64,000 nucleotides of DNA, taken from the sequence record OP079919.1; one strand, given 5' to 3'. Shown piece by piece: positions 10,351-18,169 of the stretch. A program made the translations under genes and the position numbers. The stretch's first letter is position 1. Every line of letters starts with the position of its first letter. The notes under the pieces are model-generated. The model was not told the origin of the DNA. It was given only the letters and a program-made list of their open reading frames with translations, and ran no database searches.

Positions 10351-10794
10351 ATGACCGAAGAAGAATTTAACGAGAAAGTAAAGGCTATTGCCGACGAACG
10401 GCAGATACCGGAAGTTTTCGCCGAATACATCGTTATTAGAGAATTTCTTCAATCTGACTCGTCATTCAAAATCGCTGACCATTTAGTCCGCATAGAGGAG
10501 TACGAGTACCGTAATATCAAGATTCCGCCAGAAAGATATGTATTTCGCCCTAGTATTTATGCGGCGGTCTCTGAACCCGCGGCTAACAAAAAAATAATAG
10601 GTTTAAAATTATACATCTTTGATTATTTCCATAATCTCAAACCGGGGTTAGTCTTTGCCTCTAACGAAGAGGAAGCGGTTAAACTTATCAAAGAACGCGG
10701 GGTAACCGGATTGCCAGACAGGTTTTATTCCACGGTTAAAGAAATAGAAATTCCTACTCACTCAACTTACGTTCGTTACGCTACCGGAGAATAA
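10351..10794 (+). CDS. Hypothetical protein
   Basis: 147 aa, TAGGA SD, first of a tightly packed run. Confidence 0.65.
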   Translation: MTEEEFNEKVKAIADERQIPEVFAEYIVIREFLQSDSSFKIADHLVRIEEYEYRNIKIPPERYVFRPSIYAAVSEPAANKKIIGLKLYIFDYFHNLKPGLVFASNEEEAVKLIKERGVTGLPDRFYSTVKEIEIPTHSTYVRYATGE

Positions 10795-10796
10795 AA

Positions 10797-11477
10797 ATGG
10801 AAAAGAAAAAAGAACCATCTTTATCTGAATCAGACTTACCTAAAAATAAGCTAGAAACCCCATTTGATCTTGTCGACAACTATCAAGAAAATAAAAAGGG
10901 GATCGTTGTTATTGTCACGCCCAATGAACAACTCCCTAAAGATGCTCAGGGTCGGACCCCTGACTTACGGTCGGACAGTTCTCCTGCTTTTAGAAGAGAA
11001 GATCTTTTTAAAGCAATGCAAGACGTCGATCTGGAAGAAACATATCCGGGTACTCGTAAAACAAATCCTGAGTTATACCGGTCTTCGCCTTATCCAACTC
11101 CCGAAAACAAGAATATCTTAAACGAAGTAACAGGTGGGATGAAGCGAGGAGAACTGAACTACCTTTCTGCTGAAACTGACCCTGAAAAATCTATCTTCCA
11201 TCCTAAAACTAATAGAGGATCGAGAACGTTATTGCGCGTTACCGATAAATGGTTCTTCTATCGCGTACATCAATTCCACGACGTTCATCACAAACGTCGT
11301 AAAGCGCGTTTCGATAAAATCACCTTCATGTTACTTCGACACAGTTGGGTCGAATACAAAGAATCGCTTCATAAGAAGAAATATCATATCTTCGATAAGA
11401 CCCCTCGGGCCAAGGCTGAACGTTTAGCACTTAAACGTTCCAGAGAAAAGATTAAACCAACTTTGATGATTAGTTGA
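10797..11477 (+). CDS. Hypothetical protein, acidic N-half and basic C-half
   Basis: 226 aa ORF with GGAG SD abutting the previous stop. Confidence 0.6.
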   Translation: MEKKKEPSLSESDLPKNKLETPFDLVDNYQENKKGIVVIVTPNEQLPKDAQGRTPDLRSDSSPAFRREDLFKAMQDVDLEETYPGTRKTNPELYRSSPYPTPENKNILNEVTGGMKRGELNYLSAETDPEKSIFHPKTNRGSRTLLRVTDKWFFYRVHQFHDVHHKRRKARFDKITFMLLRHSWVEYKESLHKKKYHIFDKTPRAKAERLALKRSREKIKPTLMIS

Positions 11478-11785
11478 GGTTAGGCGTGGAGATTCCATTA
11501 GTAAGTTCAGGGGTTGGGATGCACGATAGGTATTACGAGATAATCAGATATGGTTTTAACGAGTGTTTAAACGGATTGGATGACGAAAACAACCAAGCCA
11601 GTTACAAAGATTATCATGGTAATACCTTTACGGCATGTCGGCTAAAACCTAATGATGGGTCTGTTCCTATTTATTCTTTCCGGGTAGGAGAACGAACCCT
11701 ATTAACAGGTGTAACTGATCCAAGAGCGGTGGACTTAACGGAATACCGTAACCTTTTTAGGTTCATTAAAATCAAAGGCTATTAG
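11474..11785 (+). CDS. Hypothetical protein
   Basis: 103 aa, start overlaps the previous stop; exact start uncertain. Confidence 0.5.
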   Translation: MRLGVEIPLVSSGVGMHDRYYEIIRYGFNECLNGLDDENNQASYKDYHGNTFTACRLKPNDGSVPIYSFRVGERTLLTGVTDPRAVDLTEYRNLFRFIKIKGY

Positions 11786-11787
11786 CT

Positions 11788-12219
11788 ATGACTGCAAAAA
11801 CGGTTTATAAGTCGGGTTATCTCCCTATTCAACTCGAAGGTTGTTCTAAAGAACAACTTATCGATATCAACAACCAGCTTTTTAACAGGCTTAAAGAGCT
11901 CCGTAAAAACTACATCCCTGGTGATTACGAAATCACTCTCATCACCGACATTCTGAAAGGCAAAGAACCCAAAAAGAATAGTTTCTTTTACAGTCTGACC
12001 TGCGTCAGGGATAACAGCTTGTTAGACCCCCCCATTTCAGAACTTAAAATCAAATTAAATTCTGTGGCAATTTTCCCTTACTCTTGGGTTATCAGGGGTC
12101 ATAAGGCCAGAAACGATAAAGATCCCGAAATTAAAAGATTGAAGAAACACCTCTTTCGGATTTATAAACACAATCTTCATAAGCGGTCTAAATTCCATAA
12201 ATTAAGGAAAGGTCAATGA
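11788..12219 (+). CDS. Hypothetical basic protein
   Basis: 143 aa, in run with neighbours. Confidence 0.6.
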   Translation: MTAKTVYKSGYLPIQLEGCSKEQLIDINNQLFNRLKELRKNYIPGDYEITLITDILKGKEPKKNSFFYSLTCVRDNSLLDPPISELKIKLNSVAIFPYSWVIRGHKARNDKDPEIKRLKKHLFRIYKHNLHKRSKFHKLRKGQ

Positions 12220-12537
12220 GATCTTTTACACAACCCTTTACGATACATCGATACCCTAGTGTCGATAAGTTCATAAGGGAACCCGGAAACAAATCTCTGC
12301 TGTTATTGAGTTTCTTCAACTTAGAGATCAAAATCAAGAACGCAGAGCTTAGGGGCCGTTAACAATCCATTTCCAGGAGATGTGTTCTTTACTGAGGAAG
12401 TTGGTAACGATAAAATTCTCTTAGTTGTCCGGGTTAACCTCGGTACCGGGGAACGTTACTACCAACTCAATAATCTGGAATGGGTTGTTTGCACTAACTC
12501 TCTCACCGTGAGAGAACTCACTTTACTTTTAGGATAA
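12216..12537 (+). pseudogene. Possible frameshifted small gene
   Basis: ATG 12216 overlaps the previous stop and gives 48 aa ending 12362. A +1 frame is open about 12325-12537 (VNNPFPGDVFFTEEVGNDKILLVVRV...) with no well-placed start. Confidence 0.3.
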
Positions 12538-12542
12538 TCATT

Positions 12543-13049
12543 ATGAACAATATTAAAGTTATCGGTCAAACAGAACAACGCGTCATCGACAAAGCACGCG
12601 CCTACAATAACCTCGTCAATGAAACCGATTTCGGAGACGGTAAAATCAAAACGGTTCACGAAGCTATCGTTCAACGCCTGCTCTGTGAAGCAGAGCAGCT
12701 CGGTTTAGATATCGATCAAGAGCCGTTTGCTTCTCTGGGGAATCGCCAATTCACATTCTACCGCGTCCCGGAAGATGCTCATCTCATTCCATGGCACAAT
12801 CATGTTTTCAACATCTGTCAAGTGGAAGACAAACTTCAGGCACGTGACGCTAAAATCGTCGCGATGACATTGAACGGGTTTGACTACCAGATCGAGGTTG
12901 ATTCGGAACGAGGAACTCGTACCTACTACCTTAACGGTCAACGTATTTGTGATTGCACCGGTACTCCGACGTTGCAAGATTTCAAAGATCTCTTCTCGGA
13001 AGAACGTCGTCGTTATTATCAGCAGTTAGAGAAGGCCCTACAGGGTTAG
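12543..13049 (+). CDS. Hypothetical protein
   Basis: 168 aa, TAGGA SD. Confidence 0.65.
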   Translation: MNNIKVIGQTEQRVIDKARAYNNLVNETDFGDGKIKTVHEAIVQRLLCEAEQLGLDIDQEPFASLGNRQFTFYRVPEDAHLIPWHNHVFNICQVEDKLQARDAKIVAMTLNGFDYQIEVDSERGTRTYYLNGQRICDCTGTPTLQDFKDLFSEERRRYYQQLEKALQG

Positions 13050-13057
13050 GAGCGAAC

Positions 13058-13549
13058 ATGGATAAGAAAGGCCAAGGTTCTCTTTACGGCAAAATTATTT
13101 GTACCGGTTTCAATATCGATAAAACTACAGAAGAAGGGTTTGATCTCCTCAGTCTCGTATGGGGAAGAACACCCGGTGAACTTTCGAACTCTGAAATACC
13201 TGGGGTGTATTTAGAGCCATTCTCGCTCAAAGTAGAGAGAGTGGAGCTGAAGATGGCCGAAGAAATATTCGGTGCCGGATGTACGGTAAACTATTCGGGT
13301 ATAGCGGAAGATCACAAAAGCCACGTTTATCATGTCCGAGCGGAGACCTATGGAAGGGGACACTGTCACTTCGGATTAATTTATAATCACGAAACTGAGA
13401 AACTCCATTTCATTGAACGCGGTGATATTGACATCAAAGAAAGTGAGGGGCTTCAACACGCAACTATTGAAAAACTCATACTTTCTTACGACGTGGTAAA
13501 ATTCGAAGGTAGTCCGCAAGAATATATCGAGTTTATGAAAACTCGTTAA
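13058..13549 (+). CDS. Hypothetical protein
   Basis: In-frame ATG 13058 with TTAGGAG SD preferred over track start 12953. Confidence 0.65.
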   Translation: MDKKGQGSLYGKIICTGFNIDKTTEEGFDLLSLVWGRTPGELSNSEIPGVYLEPFSLKVERVELKMAEEIFGAGCTVNYSGIAEDHKSHVYHVRAETYGRGHCHFGLIYNHETEKLHFIERGDIDIKESEGLQHATIEKLILSYDVVKFEGSPQEYIEFMKTR

Positions 13550-13556
13550 AACCAAC

Positions 13557-13591
13557 TATACTCTCCTCCCCTTATCGGGGAGGAGAGTATA
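13557..13591. terminator. Bidirectional terminator between convergent genes
   Basis: 15-bp perfect stem TATACTCTCCTCCCC / GGGGAGGAGAGTATA, T-run downstream. Confidence 0.8.
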
Positions 13592-13606
13592 ACTTATTTT
13601 TTTTTC

Positions 13607-15097
13607 TTACTTGTACGCGTCTTTAGTCAGCGTTCGTAAAACGATATACAACATCAGACTCGTTCTTAATGAACTTACTGTAATTCGGGTTTTTATCCCC
13701 GTCAGTTGTCTGACAATGTCATCGCCTTCATCTCGCATCTTAAAGACACTTTGGTTTTGGCTACGGCTACTGAGATACGCACCCCGCATTCGACGTAAGA
13801 CTTCTCTCAGGTCGTTAGCCCGAATACCGTTTTCCGTTAAGTATTCGAACAGGTGGGTAGTAACTTCATCGACGAACTCTTTGTATTTAGTTCCCTTTGG
13901 CGAGTTATACTGATCGGGGAATACCCGGATAATTCGCTCCAGTTTATCCCTGGGAGAGTTGTCAATGGCTTCCGCAGCGTAACCTACCAGCTCGTCCTTG
14001 TAAAATCCAGCAGAAGAACTGAGGACATTTTGGATGTAGTTTTTATACTGAGTTACGTTCTTCGTCACCTCTCGTACGCTTACTCCGTCTTCCAGCGTGA
14101 CCATCCCACCGTCCAATCTGACGATATTGGTTTTCGATTTCACTTCATGGAAAACTTTGTTAATGTCGTTGATCACGCCTCTGAGTCGATCCTGGATATC
14201 ACCGACCATGTAAATGATTTTCTTGTCATCATCCATGGTGGTAAACGTTTTATAATGGATCCCCGTTTTGGGATCTAAAATAAACTCAGCCCTGGCTCGG
14301 ATTAACGCCATCCAACTACCGTAACGTTTGATGTCATAACGCATGCTTAAACGGTTATAAGTTTCCATAGCGATCTCTTTCTTCGCCAGGTATTTATAAT
14401 CGTTCGCCATAATACTCGTCAAACATTTGTAATGGTACATCGCTAAGATGTTAACCATCGCATTGTGTTTAACGCGGTCATGGAGATCGCTATGAAACGT
14501 CCGGTACAGCAGGTAAACGATGCTTAGGTTGAACACGTCACCGGTGACTTTCCAGGTCGCATTGATCAGTTTACAGGCGTGGAGGTTTTCTCGTAACTCT
14601 TCTTCGTCGACATCGAAGATTTCAGCGAACCAGCGGTTTCTGTCTTCTGATGTGAAAACGATTCGGTGGATACCTAAATAGGGATTACCAAAGAATTCCA
14701 CGTACTGTTCGTTCTTGGTGGTAAACCCAATGACGTACCGGGTCAGTCTATCGGCCCAACGGTTATCGATTTCTAAATCGTGTCCGAATGCGTTAAACAC
14801 ACCGAGTATCGCGTGATCGGTATTGAAATTGTAATTGGGTAGCAGAGCTTCAAAACCAGATATCCCAAATGTTTTTTGAAGGAGTTTCTCGATTCCCTTG
14901 TCGGGGGTAATCTCCTCGAACATTTTGACTTCGGGTTCGGTGTCGTACATCCCGTCTTCGACCAACATCGGATCTCCGCTTAAAATCCCGCTGGGATCAA
15001 ATACCGGTAATCCAGAAAGCTTATCGAACCATTGACGGTCGTCATTCTGAAAATAACTTTCAGAACCGTTGAGACGATCTGCGTATTGATTAAACAT
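13607..15097 (-). CDS. Conserved Chimalliviridae-type protein, probably virion-associated
   Basis: 496 aa with AGGAG SD; position matches the conserved block between terminase and phuZ; function not identifiable from motifs. Confidence 0.55.
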   Translation of the reverse strand: MFNQYADRLNGSESYFQNDDRQWFDKLSGLPVFDPSGILSGDPMLVEDGMYDTEPEVKMFEEITPDKGIEKLLQKTFGISGFEALLPNYNFNTDHAILGVFNAFGHDLEIDNRWADRLTRYVIGFTTKNEQYVEFFGNPYLGIHRIVFTSEDRNRWFAEIFDVDEEELRENLHACKLINATWKVTGDVFNLSIVYLLYRTFHSDLHDRVKHNAMVNILAMYHYKCLTSIMANDYKYLAKKEIAMETYNRLSMRYDIKRYGSWMALIRARAEFILDPKTGIHYKTFTTMDDDKKIIYMVGDIQDRLRGVINDINKVFHEVKSKTNIVRLDGGMVTLEDGVSVREVTKNVTQYKNYIQNVLSSSAGFYKDELVGYAAEAIDNSPRDKLERIIRVFPDQYNSPKGTKYKEFVDEVTTHLFEYLTENGIRANDLREVLRRMRGAYLSSRSQNQSVFKMRDEGDDIVRQLTGIKTRITVSSLRTSLMLYIVLRTLTKDAYK

Positions 15098-15105
15098 ATC
15101 GTCTC

Positions 15106-15951
15106 CTAGATCCGACTTGGGACAGCGTTTCTGATGGCGTTGTATCTCCGATCCGGGTCAGAATACGTCATGAGTTTTATCCAGCGAGTTTTAAACAATT
15201 CCTCGTACTGGTTAAGACTATCACGGTACTCACTGATATCGTCACGGATAATATCAACCTGGACCCCAGAGCGGGCTACTCCTTCGTCGACTTTGTACCG
15301 AACTGTTTTCCAGATGTAGTTCTTGGTCATCAGGATAACTAAGTCGCCAAATACGTCGTAGGCTCTCGGATGTATCGTAGATAACCCATCGTCATAACTC
15401 AGGATAAGTTTACCTGTCAGGGAGAATACCCCACTCGGCGCGCCATGGATCACAAACGAGTTATTCCCGACGAGAGTTATATTCGTGAACGTCTGGGGGA
15501 TTTCTCGGTTGGGTAACATCCCGTTGATCATGGAGTTCAATGCATCGTTGACAGTACCTACCCCGCATGAGTCAGCATTGCCAAGTACGCTCATGATTCC
15601 ACTGGAGGAATTCATCGCCCCCTGGTAAACTTCCACAACCGAAATAATTTTCCGACCGCCCGTCAAGAAATCAGGGACGTTAACCAGCTGCATCCCTTGG
15701 CCGAGATGTTCAATCCGAGATCCGGTTAAATCAATCAGCTCTGTCACCCCACCCTGGACGTTGCACCGGGGTAGGATGATCGCATGTATAATTTTTTCTC
15801 GAATGCCTTGCTGAACGGTGGTCTGCGCGTACTGGTTATACCAGTTCCCGGTCAGATTCCCGTTAGGGTTCGAGAACGCAAGCTCCAACAGGTACTCGGG
15901 GATATCACTCCCGTTGAGAACTTTGTTGATCGCGTAGTCCACGCAGTTCAT
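15106..15951 (-). CDS. Conserved Chimalliviridae-type protein, probably virion-associated
   Basis: In-frame ATG 15951 (MNCVDYAINKVL) with GGGAG SD; co-oriented with 13607-15097. Confidence 0.55.
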   Translation of the reverse strand: MNCVDYAINKVLNGSDIPEYLLELAFSNPNGNLTGNWYNQYAQTTVQQGIREKIIHAIILPRCNVQGGVTELIDLTGSRIEHLGQGMQLVNVPDFLTGGRKIISVVEVYQGAMNSSSGIMSVLGNADSCGVGTVNDALNSMINGMLPNREIPQTFTNITLVGNNSFVIHGAPSGVFSLTGKLILSYDDGLSTIHPRAYDVFGDLVILMTKNYIWKTVRYKVDEGVARSGVQVDIIRDDISEYRDSLNQYEELFKTRWIKLMTYSDPDRRYNAIRNAVPSRI

Positions 15952-15991
15952 AATCAACTCCCACACTGAGTTTCGGGACTGGAGAAATTTC

Positions 15992-16987
15992 CGTCTCGAT
16001 AAAAATTCAACTGAGAATTTTTACTCTGGGGTTTTCGGCGGTTATAATATTTCACTGCGGGAATTTAAAAACTCAACGGGTTTACGATCCCGTATGTTTT
16101 TGAGTTTTATTTCCCGTATAAAATACTCCGTGCCGTAAGACAACACCCCACAGAAAAAACCTCGCCTTCGGAAAAATTCCTCGAAGGCGAGTTGCCATGA
16201 TCTCACTCGAGCAAGAATCAATCCGACATACAATCCCAAACGGTCCGAAATTTTTTCTTCGGAATTTTGGTCATTGGTAAATTTTTACATACAAATCTAT
16301 TTTATATTTGTATTTTTCGCGTGCGCGGATATTCCAAATTTTCAAAGATAATCTAAAACCGATTCCAATTCTGGGTTTTTATTTTTCTGTGTTTTGATTT
16401 TCCAAATCCAATTTTCAAAAATCTAAATCTAAAAAATCTAAAAAATTTAATACTCAAAAATCAATTTTTCCTAGGGGTCCTTATTACGCGTGCGTACGCC
16501 CGCACGCGTATAAAAAACAAATATAATACTACGTATTATATTTTCCTTTGGTTTTATATTTTTAATTTATTAAAAATATATTAATATAAATTATTATATT
16601 TTTTATTAGTTTGTTTTTATAAAAAATATATAAATATATATTTATATATATTTATATTCATTAGGCGCGCGCCAGCGTGCGTGTGTGTACGTGCGCGCAC
16701 GCGTAATAGAGAAGGGATGATAAAAATACAGGATTTAATCTGAGAAATTATCCAGAAAAAATCACACAGAGTAAAAAAATATTAACCGGAACGATTTTGA
16801 GAAGATTTAATACCCAACCTAGGAATTCGTATCAGTCGGATGAAAAAGGGTTTTAGAAATCGATACAGGAAGTTTTAGAGGGTATTCCGATCGAGTTCTC
16901 AGGAAAGAATTATTCAGATTAAAATATTTTAATCAGGGTAATTAATTTTTACAGTGAATTAAATTTATCGAGACGAGAAGATTTAAT
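15992..16987. other. Candidate replication origin or cis-acting DNA element
   Basis: About 1 kb non-coding, at a strand switch. Near-pure A/T core at about 16510-16663, 13-bp IR (16482-16494 / 16696-16708), 12-bp outer IR (15992-16003 / 16964-16975), 13-bp direct repeat, several palindromes. Confidence 0.5.
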
Positions 16988-17109
16988 CGCAAAGTAATAT
17001 CTTACGGAGAGTATAATCTTCTGAACAGGACCGAGATCTCGAATAGCCAGATGGAAATTATCCATCCGTTCGAAAGTTAACCTGAAATATCCCTAAGAGG
17101 CCAAATCCT

Positions 17110-17844
17110 ATGCAACCAGCTAACCCATGGAAAAACAACAAACACGTTAAATCACAAGATAACACCACCGCAGACCGGTACGAATCTCTTCTGCGTGAAT
17201 TACCTGATGCGCTCAATGCGACTCCCAGAGACCCAGGTTACTTGATCGCTACCAAAAAGATTTTATTAGTACTGGAAATTCTCGAAGGAACTCGATTGTC
17301 AGTTCGTGACGTGATGGAAAACGAGAACCTGATTCGTAAAGTTCACGAGTTACTGGTGGAGTTGGGTTGGAAGCAAGCGATTAGCCGAGGGACTCAGGTT
17401 TTTGTTACTCACCAGGATTTAATTAAACCGGGTGTTTACCGATTGATTGATCTCGATGAAACCGCGATGGGTTACACCAAAGAGATCATGGATCATATTT
17501 TATTAGACCGTCGGTTCAGTGTTCGGGTGGACGGTAACGATATCCGGATTCTTCCTGGAGACCGTAGTGCGAGTAATCCGTTTAGTCTGCTGTCTGCTAA
17601 CGTAGTAAGTAGCTGGCGTAAGGCGATACGGGAATACGATAAAACTGTTACCAGTAATCTTATTGGACATCTGACGGTTATCGGCGAAGATACGATGAGT
17701 TGCCCGCTCGATTTAAAACTCATCTTCGCCCTGCTGGATTACCTCGGCTGGCCGGAAATGTATTTAACCGGCGAACAGATCTTATTGAGTAACCCCATGG
17801 GTGATTATCAAACCCTCGAGGTGAATTTTATCGATCCTGAGTAA
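17110..17844 (+). CDS. Hypothetical protein
   Basis: 244 aa, GAGG SD; lies between the origin-like element and the structured-RNA region. Confidence 0.65.
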   Translation: MQPANPWKNNKHVKSQDNTTADRYESLLRELPDALNATPRDPGYLIATKKILLVLEILEGTRLSVRDVMENENLIRKVHELLVELGWKQAISRGTQVFVTHQDLIKPGVYRLIDLDETAMGYTKEIMDHILLDRRFSVRVDGNDIRILPGDRSASNPFSLLSANVVSSWRKAIREYDKTVTSNLIGHLTVIGEDTMSCPLDLKLIFALLDYLGWPEMYLTGEQILLSNPMGDYQTLEVNFIDPE

Positions 17845-18096
17845 TTCTCAACTACAGTCCGATGTTATTAGTAAAGATCTTTGGACTCCCTGTTGATTAA
17901 CTAGCGACCCAACCTCATCTCTTTGAACCTCCTTACCACGAGCGAGATAACCAAAGTAGCTAGGGATTTTCAGGGGGTTCAATCCCCATTTTCGTTAATC
18001 TTATTAGACCCACTGTCCTAAGCCCATGAAGCCTTGAAATCTCTCCTGTAGCAGACAAAGTTTTCGTTCGGTGGGATAGATTAACGTTTTTATTCA

Positions 18097-18169
18097 CGTC
18101 GTATTATCTGATGAGTCTTCGACGCTAAACAAGACGAAACCTAATGAATCTATTTTATTAGGTCATAAT
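18097..18169 (+). ncRNA. Type I hammerhead ribozyme
   Basis: Stem I ATTAT 18103-07 / ATAAT 18165-69; core CUGAUGA 18108-14; stem II GTCTT 18115-19 / AAGAC 18131-35; GAAA 18136-39; stem III ACCTAAT 18139-45 / ATTAGGT 18157-63; cleavage triplet GUC ending 18164; loop II CGACG 18120-24 complementary to upstream CGTCG 18097-18101. Confidence 0.9.

Noticed and set aside
16042-16239. 65-aa minus-strand ORF
   Set aside because: No SD; coincides with hairpins in the non-coding region.
15992-16987. CRISPR array or IS element
   Set aside because: No regularly spaced repeats with unique spacers; no transposase and no clear target-site duplication.
17925-17995. tRNA gene suggested by GGGGGTTCAATCCCC
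   Set aside because: Only a T-arm-like hairpin; no acceptor stem, D-arm or anticodon arm could be built, and there is no CCA.
18009-18035. Twister or pistol ribozyme suggested by GTCCTAAGCCC and ATGAAGCC
   Set aside because: The twister P4 stem around UCCUAAGC does not pair and the element order and spacing do not fit; no correctly placed pistol pseudoknot partner.
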